From assembly GCF_004010195.1 (NCBI RefSeq), contig NC_057720.1, forward strand, positions 16,434,478 through 16,498,477: a stretch of 64,000 bases of DNA, written 5' to 3'. Positions 1-13,553 of this stretch are shown here, piece after piece (position 1 is the first letter of the stretch; each line of letters starts with the position of its first letter). The position numbers and the translations under genes were made by a program. Source of the stretch: Chiloscyllium plagiosum. Lineage: Eukaryota. The notes under the pieces are model-generated. The model had not been told where the DNA came from, searched no databases, and saw only the letters and a program-made list of their open reading frames with translations.

Positions 1-325
1 GTCTATTTCTGAAGAAGTGTTTTAGTTGAGGAATTAGGAACTTCAATTACATAGATAGACTGGTAAAGCTAGGAATGCTCCTCTTCGTAAACGTGAAGAA
101 GGGATTTGATAAACCTGTTCAAAAAGACGAGATGACAAAAGAGATAGGGATAAACTATTCCAATTGGTGGAAAGATCTTAAGGCGACTGACCAAAGAATC
201 AGAGGCAACAGAAGGAAACACTTCTTTAAAAAGTGAACAGTTAGGATCCAGAATGCGCTGCCCGAGAGCATGGTGCTGGTAGATTCAATCATAGCTTTCT
301 AAAAGGAATTAGAAAATTATCTTAA
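1..325 (+). mobile_element. Old CR1 LINE ORF2 3' fragment
   Basis: Degenerate RLxKLGMxxxxxRRxRGDLI...WNALP-type coding remnants. Confidence 0.6.
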
Positions 326-340
326 AGAAACGAGTAGTGT

Positions 341-695
341 GTGGCATGTTGGTTCAGTGATTAGCACTGCTGCCTCACAGCACCAAGGACCCGGTTCAAT
401 TCCAGCCTCTGTCGACTGTCTGTGTGGAGTTTGCACATTCTCCCGATGGTCTGTGTGGGTTACCTCCTGGTGCTCTGGTTCCTCCCACATTCCAAAGATC
501 TGCAGGTTAGATGGATTGGTCTTGCCAAAGTGCCATAGTGTGCAGGTTTGTGTAGGTTAGGTGGACAAGTGATGGGAACTGCAGAGTTACAGGGATAGGG
601 TAGAGGGTGAGTCTGGATGGGATGCTCTTCAGAGAGTCAATACAGAATTGGTGGGCCAAATGGCCTGTTTCCACACCGTAGGGATTCAATGATTC
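341..695 (+). mobile_element. HE1-type tRNA-derived V-SINE
   Basis: tRNA-like head (ttagcactgctgcctcacag...ggttcaattcc), V-domain tgtgtggagtttgcacattctcc, CR1-like tail ggcctgtttccacac. Confidence 0.85.
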
Positions 696-1339
696 AGGAT
701 CATGGGGAAATAGGCAGGGTAGTGGGACTAGCAGATATGATCTTGGAGAATCAGCATGAACATGACAGGCCAATTGTTGTCCCAAGATTCCATGAGTTTC
801 TAATATAATTTTGCTTGTAGTCAATAGGTTTTGTTTTACATTTTGGGTTTGAACAGAGATCCTTAAAAACTAAGCCCGATGTACTTGGATGACTGGCATA
901 TCGTTGTCTGCTTTGAGCATAATTAGGAAAAATTCAGAAGATTTCACATTTTAGAGTTGTAATTAATTAGTCGAGCAGAAGATGCGAAAGCTTTTGAGTT
1001 GGAACTAGTGTTAACTGTGATGCCACAATTTCTAAGCCTGATGTTTTACATACATTTCATTGGTGGTTGGACTAGAAATTGAGATCAGAATCTGTACTGA
1101 ACTAAGGAGTGAGCCTTTTCGCCAGTCTGGAATATATTTGTGTGTGCTTGTGTTAGAGGTGATGTACTGCATTACGATCAGGAAACAACAGCTGGGTTGC
1201 CTTAATTTACAATTACCTAATAATTTTGATTATATACCTCAAAAGAGTGGTTCCCTTGATTGTTCCAGTTAAACAGACAATCCACTTTACATAGATTGAG
1301 TATGGAGTCAAAATTAGCTTTACATACAAACATGAATTC

Positions 1340-2600
1340 ACAGCAAGAATAGACCATTCAATAAAATCATGGTTGATTTGATTGCAGCCTCAAATCCACA
1401 TTCCCACCTACCCCGATCGATGTAGTTTTTGATTGATGAAATTGGAGGCTACGCTTTAAAACTATACAATGACCATGCCTCATGGCTCACTAATGGGGCG
1501 GGGGGGGGGGGGTGGAAACCCCTCCTCATCTCCAAAATAAATAACATCTTTGTTTTTGAAGTGTTTCTCCTAGCCTTACTCTGTCCCTCAAGGGACAAAC
1601 ATCCTTTCTCCCTTCACTCTGTCAAGTCCCTACATGTTTCAAAAAGATCACCTTTCATTATTCTGAACTCCAATGGATACAAGTCCAGCCTGTCTAACCT
1701 TTCCTCACAAGATAACAAGATCCCAGGTATCTGTCAAGTGAATTTTCTCTGAACAGCTCCCAATGCACTTGCATCATTTCTTAAATAAGGAGATCAAAAC
1801 TGTACACAGTATTCCAGATGTGGTTTCATCAATGTTCTATACAATGGCAGTAAAATTTCACTACTTGGATACTTTATTCCCTTCCAATAAACAACCACAT
1901 TCAGTTTGCCTTTCTAATCACTTGTTGTACCTGCAAACATATCCAGATTCTTCTGTATCTCAGTTCTACATTCTCTCTCCATTTAATATGCTGCTTTACT
2001 ACTTTTCCTGCTAAAGATGACTAGATAACATTTTCCCAAACTATACTCCGCCTGAAAAAATTTGTGCCACTCATTTGAACTATAATCTTTGTAAACCCTT
2101 GCATCCTGTGTGCAACTTACTGTTTTGCCCTTGTTTCATCAGCAAATTTAGCCAGCATACATTCAGTCCCACACTGATTTCTGCAGTACATTACTTGTCG
2201 CATCCTACCATCTATCATTATGCCCACCCTCTAATCATGGCAATACGTTACCCTAATACCACAATCAATTACTTTATATGGTAATCTTTGACGTTGCACT
2301 TCATCAAATTGCTTCTGGAAATCTAAGCTCTAAGTTGGATGTTACTTCCTCAAGCAACTCTAAGTTAGTCAAACATGACTTTTCTTTCACAAAACCATGC
2401 TGATTCTACTTGATTCCATAATGATTTCTAACTGCCTTGTTATAACTGCTTAATAATACATTCCATCATTTATTTCTTACAGGTATTTGGCAAACCTGCC
2501 TATAGCTCTCCGTCTCAATCCTTTCTTGAAGAGGAGTAATATTTGCTTTTTTCCAGTTGGACAGGACCTTCTCAAAATTGGGGGAATTTTGGAAAATTAC
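1340..2600 (-). mobile_element. Decayed CR1 LINE
   Basis: Antisense CR1 RT motifs (aactgtacacagtattccagatgtggt = PHLEYCVQF; aaaccatgctga) and 3' tail near 1345. Confidence 0.65.
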
Positions 2601-2654
2601 AACTATTTTTTGTCACCTGAGGGATGAGGTCCATCAGGGCCATCAAGGAGACTT

Positions 2655-2900
2655 GTCATAGAGGCATCCACCACAGAAACAGGTCCTTTGGCCAAAGTTG
2701 TCCTTGTGACCAGGTTTCCAAAACTGAACTAGTGTAATTTGCCTGCATTTGGCCCATTTTCCTCTGAATCTTTCCTATCAGTGTACCTATCCTACCCTGG
2801 GAAGATATCTTGGTGATTCACCTTATCTATGCCCCTCATGACTTTATAAACATTTATAAAGGTCATCCCTCAATATCCTAATCTTCTGAGAAAAAAGTCC
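2655..2900 (-). mobile_element. CR1 LINE 3' end fragment
   Basis: acagaaacaggtcctttggcc tail, gcatttggccc, ttatctatgcccctcatg. Confidence 0.7.
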
Positions 2901-2904
2901 CACT

Positions 2905-3950
2905 GCTGAATTGTGCCTTGTAGATGGTGGACAAGCATTGAGGGAGTCAGGAGGGGAGTTACTCGCCTCTGATGTGCTCTTGTAGCCAGTGTGTATACAT
3001 GCCAAGTCCAGTTGAATTTCTGGTCAATGGTAACCCCAAAGATATTGATAGTGGGGGAATTTTGTGATGGCAACATCACTGAATGTCAAGGGGAAGTGAT
3101 CAGATCGTCTCTTATTAGGGATGGTCATTCCATGGCATTTGTGTGGTACGAGTGTGACTTGCCACTTGTTAATCCAAGCCTGCATACTGTCCAGATCTTT
3201 TTGCATTTGAACATGGACTGCTTCATTATCTGAGAAGTCACAAATGGTGCTGAACACTGTGCAATTATCAGCAAAGATGCCCACTTCTGACCTTATGATG
3301 GAGGGAAAGTCATTGATAAAGCAGCTGAAGATAGTTGGACCTAGGGTACTACCCTGATGAATTTCTGCAGACATATCCTGGATCTGAAATGACTGACCTC
3401 TAACTACCACAACTATCCTCCTATGCGCCAGGTATAACTCCAACCAATTGAGAGTTTTCTCCAATACCCAGTGATTCCAGTTTTGCTAGGGCTTTGATGC
3501 CACACTCAATCAAATTCAGCCTGGGTGTCAAGGGCTATCACTCTTATCGCACCTCTGGAATTCAGCTCTTTTATCCATTTTGAACCAAGGCTATAATGAA
3601 GTCAGGAGTTGAGTGGTCCTGGCAGAAGCCAAACTAGGCATCACTGAGCAGGTGCTGTTTGATAGCATGTTGTTGACACTTTCAATCATTAGTAAAGTGA
3701 TGGAGAGTAGACTGATTGGATGGCAATTGGTTGGGTAGGATTTGGTCTTGATTTGTGTGTACAAGACATTACCTGAGCAATTTTCCACACTGTTGGGTAG
3801 ATGCTAGTGTTGCAGCTATACTGGAATACCTTTCCAGGGAAGTAGCAAGTTCTGGAGCACAAGTCTTCAGTACTATTGCCAGAATGCTGTCAGGGTCCAT
3901 AACCTTTGTACTGTTCCGTGCTTCCAACCATTGTTGATATCACTTGGAGT
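2905..3950 (-). mobile_element. CR1/L2-group LINE reverse-transcriptase fragment
   Basis: ORF 3024-3464 encodes QGSTLGPTIFSCFINDFPSIIRSEVGIFADNCT (degenerate FADD); frameshifted flanks. Confidence 0.85.
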
Positions 3951-4144
3951 TCATCTGCCATTTCCCTATTTTCCACTATTAATTCCCAAGACACACTCTC
4001 TCTAGTGTTTACATCAATTATTCAAGCACTCAATAGTAACAACGTATTTTGACAAGTTATTGTTGCTGCCAGTTTTAAAACACTTCATGCCATGTATTTG
4101 AAGCACATCAAAAGAATTTGAACATGAAAAAAATGAAGACTTAC

Positions 4145-4267
4145 GAGTGCCAGTCAGATCCCCAGCTTGTTTTCGTCTTGCATAGACTCTGAGATGGTTT
4201 GCCAAGCTAACTGCACTTGTAAAAGTTGCATGGCAATGAACACAAGTTCTTAATTTCACAGGATGCC
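4145..4267 (-). CDS. ZNF644: ZNF644 coding exon (123 bp, atypical zinc finger)
   Basis: (G)HPVKLRTCVHCHATFTSAVSLANHLRVYARRKQAGDLTGT matches the ZNF644 C-terminal region. Donor ACT C|GTAAGT at 4144; in-phase acceptor cattcctgacaaaAG at 4268 (less certain). Confidence 0.88.
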
Positions 4268-5721
4268 CTTTTGTCAGGAATGCAAAGTTATAATTTAAAT
4301 TAGAGACATGCTAATTTAATTATCGTTACTTATGGACAGCAAGATCAATCAATCAATTTGGAAAATTCAAAAACTTCCTACCCAAGTTAACTTTGCATAT
4401 CTAAAAAATAATATACAGCACATTAAAGTACTCATTTTTGCATTTAATTAAACATGTTCTATCAAAATTACATTTCACATACCTCTTTTCCTACTTCACA
4501 AATTCCAACTTTTCAATCCTAAATTAATATTCTCTATAAAAACACTCAGTAGATACAGCTGCAATTCTTATCATTCCCAAGGCTAATGCTCATAAGGAAA
4601 GTGTTTAAAAGCCTTCATAACTGAATGAATTATATATACACCACATATTTTATTCACAATCACTTACAAGTTTCCAATATTGTGGCAGGACAGATATTTT
4701 TAAAAAAACACAATGTATGATCAATCATTAAGCAACAGGCTGCCCAGGAAAACTTGAAAGGTATCAAGCACACTGGAAACCAAACAGGACTGAACCCAAG
4801 CATTGACAAATTTATAAAGGCAGTGGTTACACCAATATTGCAAGAAACTGTTCAGGGAATGGGGAGACTGTAAATGGCTCTTTACATGAAATAGCTGATG
4901 AAGGCATGGGAGGCAAAGTGGTAAAAAAAACTGGTGAACAGCTGTTGAATACAACACTTAAATTAGTTTTGTATAGTCATCATTTTGCATGTGCAGTCAA
5001 TAATGAAATCTCATGATTTGTAATTCTGATGGCTGTGCTCAAACCACTGACTGAACAAAAGAATGGACAAACAGCTACGCAACTGTAGAAACAAACTCAA
5101 TATGCTATTTTGTGAATAAATGTATGTAAAAACTGGTATGCAATTTGTCATTAGTGGTGGTCATTGCTACATTTTTAATATGGTGTTTATAAATAGAGAA
5201 ATCGAAGACAGCTTTTTATTCGATGGTGGTTGTAAAATGTAGTACACAATTTCAGGTGCATCTAAAAATGACAAACTTTTAAGAGGAATTGCAAATACCT
5301 GACAGATTAATCTGCTAAGCATGTGTCACCATCATGGTAGGATTGTCCTTTTACAAATATACTATTTTTTGAATGAAACTATGAAATTCAGGAAATTATG
5401 CAAAAATAAACAAAAAAACTTGGCATCTTGGAAGCAATTTTCACTCAATGGGAGAGAAGTAACCAAGAACAGTCATGTCATTAGACTGACGACATTGATA
5501 TAATAAAACTATTTTCAGGTTGCCTCTAATAGTGGGAAACTTGAGAACAAATCACTGGTTATTGGATAACCAGGATGAGTGGGAACGGTGCTGTTTAAAA
5601 CTATTCTGTACCTCTTACAGGGAAATTCAGTGTAGTCTGGAACACAACTGCTTTGTCAGCATTGGAATATGATGATTCTTGGTTGTGCACCCCAGTTGCT
5701 CCACAGTTTGTTGGAGGTATA

Positions 5722-6058
5722 GATTCATAGAATCCCCACAGTGTGGAAACAGACCATTTGGCCCAAGAAGTCCACACTGGCCCTCCGAAGAGTAACCCAC
5801 CCAGACCCATTCCCCTACCCTATTAATCTACATTTATGCGTATCTAATGCATCTAACCCACAGATCCGTGAACACTATGGGCAATTTAACATAGCCAATT
5901 CACCTAACTTGCACATCTTTGGATTGTGGGAGGAAACTGGAGCAACCGGAGGAAACTCACAGACAGTTGCTCAAGGCTGGAATCAAACCTGTGTCCCTGG
6001 CGCTATGAGGCAGCAGCGCTATGAGGCAGCAGTGCTAACCACTGAGCCACCGTGCCGC
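5722..6058 (-). mobile_element. HE1-type V-SINE
   Basis: Reverse complement begins ggcggcacggtggctcagtggttagcactgctgcctc; internal 16-bp tandem duplication near 6000-6031. Confidence 0.88.
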
Positions 6059-6547
6059 CTTAAGTAGTAGCAAGGTCACCAGAAGGAAGAAAATCTTCTA
6101 CCTCTTCAGATAGTAAAGGGTTAGAGAAAAGGTAAACAACCTAGGTATTGCTCCAAGAGATGGAGATAAAGCCACAAGATACCCAATGACCGGCTCGAAC
6201 TGCCAAGACATGTGTTCATAGTTTATTTCAGTTGTACATTGTCTTTCGCTATTTTCAATGTATCATCAATTAAAAAGTAAGATGTCGCAGTCAAAAGAGC
6301 TTCTTCCTGCAAATTATTTTAGAGTGCAATTGCAAGTAGGAATTCTTCCCACTGACACATGCTGTACTATTAGATTTTGCATTGATGCCTGCAAAGCCAA
6401 GTACATTAGTTAATGATACTCGATAATCTGGAGCATGCCCCATCTTCCTGCTTCACAGACCCCACAGGGAGAGAGATTAAGTCTTTGACTCAGGCAGATA
6501 GGTCATTTATCCCTGTTTTGTTCATGTAGATAAAGTCACAATGTCAT

Positions 6548-6710
6548 AACAAAAACAGAAATTAATAGGAAAACCCAACAGGTCTGGCAGCACCTGTGGA
6601 AAGAGGAGTTAACATTTCAGGTCCAGGGACCTTTCTTCGGAACTCATTTCTCTATATACAAATGTCATCATACCTGCTAAGTTTCTCCAGCGTCTTTTTT
6701 TGTTTTCATT
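6548..6710. mobile_element. Short Penelope-derived element with inverted ends
   Basis: aacaaaaacagaaatt...caggtctggcagcacc at left mirrors cctgctaagtttctccagc...tgtttt at right; same family as 28368-28538. Confidence 0.55.
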
Positions 6711-6854
6711 TTCCAGTGAAAGGAGGTTTTCTTTTGCACAATGTTACAAATATCACCTACTTCACTGAAATAGCCTGATGAATAAAATTTGGGATCAAGT
6801 GATTTTCAGTTTCAGTGAAGTACTGATTGTGGTTGGTGTTGCAGCAAGTTAGAA

Positions 6855-7015
6855 TAGAATAGCGGTCATAAATATGTACAGCACTGAAACAGACTCTTCA
6901 GTCTAACTCATCCATGCTGACCAGATATCCTAAATTAATCTAAACTCATTTGCCAGCATTTGGCCCATATCCCTCTAAACGCTTCCCATTTATGCATTTA
7001 TCCAGATGCCCTTTA
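6855..7015 (-). mobile_element. CR1 LINE 3' end fragment
   Basis: gtacagcactgaaacagac...tttgccagcatttggcccatatccctctaaac. Confidence 0.7.
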
Positions 7016-7449
7016 AAAATAGTTTTGATTCATGGAGGAACGACAAGTTAAATAAAACAAAGAAATGTGGATGCTGGAAATCTGGAACCGAACGCTGGAA
7101 GAAATGAGTAGGTATGGCAGTATTTGTATACAGAAAAACAGTTAGTGCTTGAAGCCCAATGACCCTGCATTAGCGCTCTTTGTTACAGCTGAGGTACCTG
7201 GCCTGTACATTCAACTGGGCTAAAACCTGATGCAATTATGGGACTCCAGACATTTACTTGTTACTACTACTACTACTCATCCTGCAGCCACAATGACATT
7301 CTAACTAGAATTTTCCAGAAGCTCCTGGCTAAAATCCTGCATTAACTAAAACAGATAACTTCCTGCAAACTTTAAGGTCAATTCCGGTAGCCAATGTAAA
7401 GCCATTGCAAAATCAGCTAGAAAAATCATCAAGCTAATTAGATTTGATA

Positions 7450-8090
7450 AAGTGCGGCACTGGAAAAAGCACAGCAAATCAGGCAGCATCTGAGTTGCAG
7501 GAGAGTTGCCTTTTCAGGCATAACTCTTCATAAGGGCTGGGATGGGGGGAAAAGGGGGTCTGAGGAATAAATAGGTGGTGGGGGTGTAGGACTGGCAAAA
7601 GGTAGGTGGGATGGCGATAGGTGGATGAAGGTAGTGGTGATTGTGATAGGTTGGTCGGAACTATGTAGTGGATAGGTGGGAAGGCAGATAGACAGGTGGA
7701 TCAAATCAAGAGGGTGGAACCAAGTCGGAAGGTTGGATCTGGGGTGGGATGGAGGGAGGGCAGATTTGGAAACTGGTAAATTCAACATTGAGGCCTTGTG
7801 GATGTAGGCTTCGGAGGTAGAAGAGGAGGCGTTCCTTCTCCAGTTTGTGGGTGGCCTTGTTTTGGTGAAGGCGGCCCAGAAGGGACATGTTATTGGGGGA
7901 GTTGAACTGGATGGCCATAGGTAGGTGGGTTGGTTGATGCGTACAGACCCAAGACGTTCCCTGAACTGTTCCGCGGGTATGTTCTTTGTCTCTGTGGTTT
8001 CCTCCACATTATCAAGAGCAAGGATGCAGTAAATGAGGTTTGAGGATATGTAAGTCAATCTTTGCCAGATTTGGAATGATCCTTTATTCC
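7450..8090 (-). mobile_element. Penelope-like element 3' part (GIY-YIG endonuclease C-terminus + pLTR)
   Basis: Translations SSNLIYCI...EQFRERLGSVR and FNSP..MSLLG...KLEKERLLFYLRSLHPQGLNVEFTSF resemble the PLE GIY-YIG tail, followed by a pyrimidine-rich UTR and the gatgctgcctga...gtgctttttccag end. Confidence 0.8.
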
Positions 8091-8678
8091 CTGAAGCTAA
8101 TTAATTACCCAAGAACAGATAAATAATTACTTCAAATATACTGGATAGAGAAATCTCAATTATTCCCACCCATGATCTGCAGAATTATTGTAGAACTGAT
8201 GACCTGTTAATGGCTCATTCTGGGTCCCTAATAAGCATAGGGTCTTAACTTAAATTGTCACATAGGGGCATCACTGATTCAGATGGATTACTGAATGCCT
8301 AAAAAGAACATGTGGTCCAAAACAGTATTATGCACATTTCTATCAGGGAACAAACGGACAAGACTATGACTGATATTCTGGGTTTTAGAGGTAATTTTAT
8401 TCCCTTGAAAGATTAGATGGTGCTAATCTTTGAACAGCACAAGGTGAAATGTCATAGCCAAGTTCTCATAACCCTCAGAATAATAACCCGAGAAATCTTT
8501 AGTATCAATCATGTCATAATGAATTGATAGACAATTAACAACGTTCAGGCACATTAGTGCCAAAAAGTTTACACATTTTGAAAGTGCATGAAAATTTTTA
8601 AACTCTTCAATTGCCATAATTGATCTTCTTAATTCCTTTGCTTCTGAAAACATCATGCCTCAAACAATGATGGCTTAC

Positions 8679-9290
8679 CTGTTTGATAAGCTATATCCGC
8701 ACTTGTCACTTGTTGTGATGATGTACTGGGCTGCAGAAGTGAACTGCCAAACTGCAGTTGAAAGGGGCGCCTGTGATTTGGTAGTCGTTTCTTTGCAGTT
8801 TGAGCATAAATTCTTCCCGGCTGGGATTTTATTAATGATGACGTTTCCTCTCCAAATTTATTCTTAAGAATCTGCATTAGGGAACTTGACTGTTCATCTG
8901 TCTCATTAAGCTTTTTTGGCTGCAGATCTGAGAGGTCATGCAAGTCTGATTGTGGTGAGGGGAAGGATTTTGTTTTCAATTCATTTTGCTGCAGTTTTAT
9001 TGTTATACCATTTGGAGCAAGAAATAAGCCATCACTTGATGCAAATTTCTGTGATACAAAGGGCTTGTACCTAAACTGTTTGCTACTCAGTAATTTTGCA
9101 ATATTTTCAGCCTCTGCTTCGTTTTGCATCATTTCAGTCAAAATGCTCAGTGGAGATTTGTGTGCTTCTAACTCCGTCTTCCCCAACCTCTTCAAATGAC
9201 CGCGGACATGATTCGACAACCCAACCTTTGTATCAAACCAACCACCACACAAAGGACATGTATTTTCAGTTGAGGAACCAGATTTTACTT
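8679..9290 (-). CDS. ZNF644: ZNF644 coding exon (612 bp, one C2H2 finger)
   Basis: TCPLCGGWFDTKVGLSNHVRGHLKRLGK and KPFVSQKFASSDGLFL motifs. Acceptor ttttgttttaacAG|AA at 9291; donor ACA G|GTAAGC at 8678. Phase 1/1 is consistent with both neighbours. Confidence 0.94.
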
Positions 9291-9859
9291 CTGTTAAAAC
9301 AAAACACAAATAAAAGGTTACTCTAATAACAGTAATGGTGGACTCAAGTGAAAATATGATAATCAACTACTCTGCATCTATTTCTGTAAATTTCCATATT
9401 TAAATTTTACTAGTATTATAAAAGATTCAGCTTTATAAAAGAAATGGTATCAGTAAAGTAATACTGAATACCACAACTATTTGAAATATTTGCATTTATG
9501 CACGAGAAAATCAGTTTTTTTTTTACATTAAACTTTAACGATACAATTTATAACCTAGTGCCAATATTGTAGTTGCAAAACAATGGCACTGATACTGCCC
9601 ATTAAGGATTTTTGGTTGGCATAGTAGAGTTTTCCAGAAGTTTCCCTGGCTTGAGATGAAGCACAAATTATAATATTTGGGTCAAATTTTATCAGATGAA
9701 AAGCGGAGAAATTGTGCTGATTTGAAGTGGTGTCTATTTTGTTCCTACTCAACACAGTTTAATAATCTACCACAATGTACAGCAAGTGCAAAGTTTGATT
9801 CTTAAAATAATTATTTGTTCCCAGGATGCAAATATTACTGACAGAGCTAGCCATCGGCC

Positions 9860-10035
9860 AGAGTTGAAAAGCGCAGCAGGCCAGGCAGCATCCGAGGAGC
9901 AGGAGAATCGACGCTTCGGGCATAAGCCCTTCTTCAGGAATGAGGCTGGTGTGCAAAGCGGGCTGAGACCGCTGGGAATACGATAGGTGGAAGGAGGTGA
10001 GGGTGATAGGCCGGAGAGGGGGTGGGGGTGGGGCC
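9860..10035 (-). mobile_element. Penelope-like pLTR fragment
   Basis: gaaaagcgcagcaggccaggcagcatccgaggagcaggagaatcgacg; hammerhead-like core with a GAAA>GAAG change. Confidence 0.8.
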
Positions 10036-11749
10036 ATCGGCCATCCATATTTGCCTTCAAGAAGGTGACAGTGAATTGTCTTCTTTAACCACTACATCCA
10101 CGTGAAGTTACACCTACAGTGCTGTATAAGATAGATTTCCAGGTTTTTGAACCAGAAACAGTGAAGAATGCAGTTCCAAATCAGGGTGATGTGTGATTTG
10201 GATAGGATTTGAAAGTAGTGGCACTGCTTTTGTTCTTCTATAATAGAGGTCGAGGTTTGGAATGCACTGTCAAAGAAAACCTGGTGCATTGGAGTTACAT
10301 TCCTTTGCTCAGGTGCATAAAAATTGTGACAATAATTGCACGAAGATATATATTAGAATATAATGTTTTCATGTCTTCTCTTCTATATTCACAAATTTCA
10401 GTATTTTGTTTCTGTTTTACTATCAGTCTTGTTTTCTGTCCGGCAGAACTTTAATCTCTTCTCCATAATTACAATTTATTTTTGTGTTTCTTCAAGTCTA
10501 CCACTGTAACCCTGCTTGATCAATTCTTTCTCAACCTCTCCTAGACTTGGTATGTTAATGCTCCACGAATCAACTAGAGTCTGTATCTGTTTGACACGAG
10601 TACTGATTTTCCTTACAAAAGCAGTGGAAAAACTAACAAATTAAAAAGCTTGGCTATGATGATTCATGTGACAATAGCATTAAAGCCAGAAACAAGCAAC
10701 TCTAACAGTTACATATTTGAAGTTTCAGCTGCATGAAAACACAAGAATACCATACACAAATGAGACATAAACATCTCATTTGTGCAAATTCTTTTTTTAC
10801 AGATGGCAGGGATGGCTCAGAGTACTTCCTCTTAAATGAATACACTGGCAATACTAAAACGTAATTGTACTATTCCTCAGGCTTGCACCTGGTGTGCATA
10901 CTCCACTCTTAGCCCACACGTGCACTCAAATGAATTAAACCTTTCCAAAAGCTCCCAAAAAATCTGCTTGCTTAAGGAGAATTGATAACGACTTTGATAC
11001 AGGAAACAATGTTGTCATTGGTTTAAAAAAAAAGTGTTTTAAAAGGTCTGCAATTGAAGTTACTTCAGCAAGATAAGGACCTTGTTTGGAAAGGGTTTTG
11101 TTAGTTGTCATCACAGGTCAAAGATATCTTCTCAACTGTTTCCCTAAGAGCAAGTACTTGGGGAATCAACTTTCTGCAACATTCATAAGGAGATGTTTTG
11201 GGTAAGATATTGTTGCCAAGCTCAACAATCATGCATCAGAGCAGCAAGGCTGTCATCCAGCCAATAGATCCTTTCATGGCAACATCTATGAATGATCTTT
11301 ACTTTACAAATCTATTCTCCATCTAAACTGAAACTGGATTTAAAGGAAAGAATTACAGAAATTAAGGGACTCGGCAGCTGAAGTTAGGACCACTAAAGGT
11401 GAAACAAAATTTGGAGAGTACAATGTGGTACAAATATTACTGGAGAAAGTCACTGATGCAGACTCAAGAGAAATTTCTGAAGAGAATGATCAATGAAAGG
11501 GACACAATTGTAAAACTTCAGAAGGTCTGTCCTTGTTCTTAAAATTTGCCATGTTCCAACGATCCCCACTTTTCCAACGTCGGATGGAATTACAGGTTGT
11601 AAGTTGGATTTTTATAATTACTAGACAATTCTGGCTTGCTACATACCAGAATGAATCACCACTGGCTATAGACCTAAGTAACTGAAAAGTAGAACATGAA
11701 TGTTATCCATTGTTTATTGCTGTTATAATTTCAAAAGGAATTTATCTTT

Positions 11750-12638
11750 ATTCATTCATGGGATGTGGGCTTCTCTGGCTGGGCCAATGTTTAGAGCTAA
11801 TTACAAGTCGTCCTAGAGGGGTGGGGAGTTTCCAGCTTGAACCACTGCAGTTTATTTGGTCCATGCGCATCCAAAATGCCATTTAAAAAGGAATTTCAGA
11901 ATGCTGACCTAGCAACACTGAAAAAGTAACAACATTTCCAAGTGAGGACATTGAGTGATTTGTTTGAGAACTTGCAGGTGGTGGCATTTCCACTTATCTG
12001 GTGCCTTTATCTTTTTAAGAGAGTAGTGGTCATGGATCATAAATCTCAGCATAGTTTTGGTGAATTTCTGCAGTGGATCTTGTAGATGGTTCACACTGCC
12101 ACTGTGTATCAGTGTTGGAGGGAGCAAACGTCAATGAATGTGATAATCGATGGGCTTTTGACCTGAATGAAGAAAAGCCTGCTGAAGCTCCACCCAACCA
12201 AGTAATTGGGAAGTGTTCCATCATACTCTTGTCTTGTAGGTGATGTAAATGTCTTGGGATCAAGCTGCAGAATTCCTAGCCTGTGACCTGGATTTGCAGC
12301 CATAGTATTTCTTTGGTTAGGCCAGTTCAGTTTCTGGTCAATGTTAACCCGCATGATGTTGATAGTGGGGTATTGAGCAATGTGAACAGTATCGAATGTT
12401 AAGAATGATGGTTAGATTTCCTCTTGTTGCAAATGATCATTTATGCCTTGCAAGTGATAATCAATGTAATTTGCTGCTTCTCAGTCCGAGGTCTGGTGGA
12501 ATTTCCACATTGACTGCTCCAGCACCTGAGGAACCGCAAATGGTACTAAATATTACTCCCACTTCTGACCTTGTGATGGAGGAAAGGTCATTGATGAAAC
12601 AGCTAAAAATGGTTGGATCTAGACCTGAGACATTTCTA
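11750..12638 (-). mobile_element. CR1/L2-group LINE 3' portion
   Basis: LDPTIFSCFINDLSSITRSEVG translation; 3' tail ttcattcatgggatgtgggc...ctggctgggcc; truncated by the gap. Confidence 0.8.
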
Positions 12639-13138
12639 NNNNNNNNNNNNNNNNNNNNNNNNNNNNNNNNNNNNNNNNNNNNNNNNNNNNNNNNNNNNNN
12701 NNNNNNNNNNNNNNNNNNNNNNNNNNNNNNNNNNNNNNNNNNNNNNNNNNNNNNNNNNNNNNNNNNNNNNNNNNNNNNNNNNNNNNNNNNNNNNNNNNNN
12801 NNNNNNNNNNNNNNNNNNNNNNNNNNNNNNNNNNNNNNNNNNNNNNNNNNNNNNNNNNNNNNNNNNNNNNNNNNNNNNNNNNNNNNNNNNNNNNNNNNNN
12901 NNNNNNNNNNNNNNNNNNNNNNNNNNNNNNNNNNNNNNNNNNNNNNNNNNNNNNNNNNNNNNNNNNNNNNNNNNNNNNNNNNNNNNNNNNNNNNNNNNNN
13001 NNNNNNNNNNNNNNNNNNNNNNNNNNNNNNNNNNNNNNNNNNNNNNNNNNNNNNNNNNNNNNNNNNNNNNNNNNNNNNNNNNNNNNNNNNNNNNNNNNNN
13101 NNNNNNNNNNNNNNNNNNNNNNNNNNNNNNNNNNNNNN
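12639..13138. other. Assembly gap (500 N)
   Basis: Run of exactly 500 N. Confidence 1.
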
Positions 13139-13553
13139 CACAACATTGTGGGCCGAAGGGCCTGTTCTGTGCTGTACTTTTCTATGTCCTATGCTGTGGG
13201 GTACTCTGGAGGATGCTGAAATGGATGATTCACTTGGCAGCTTTGGTTGAAGTTTGTTACAAATATTTCAGCATTATCATTTTAACTGATATCCTAGGAA
13301 CCACCATCCTTGACAACGGGGCTATTCATGGAGCCTGCTTCTCCTGTGACTGTGGAGCATTTGAAGCAATATTGGATTACGTATCAGTTGAAATTTCTCT
13401 AATATACCTGGAGGGTTTTTGAGATGAATGGCAGTAATAGATACAATGATATCAGAGGTAGGTTCACAGCACCCTCACAAGATTGGCTGTGTCAAAGTTT
13501 GGACCCGGCATCCAGAGAGAGGGTATATCCATCTTCTATTTAATTATGTACTG

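Noticed and set aside
1..4144. Search for the final ZNF644 exons (WIZ-type C-terminal finger)
   Set aside because: No matching coding sequence seen; the region is mostly LINE/SINE, so these exons probably lie left of the window.
12396..13422. Long ORFs of 175-284 aa (and 36126-36650)
   Set aside because: Artefacts of translating through N gaps.
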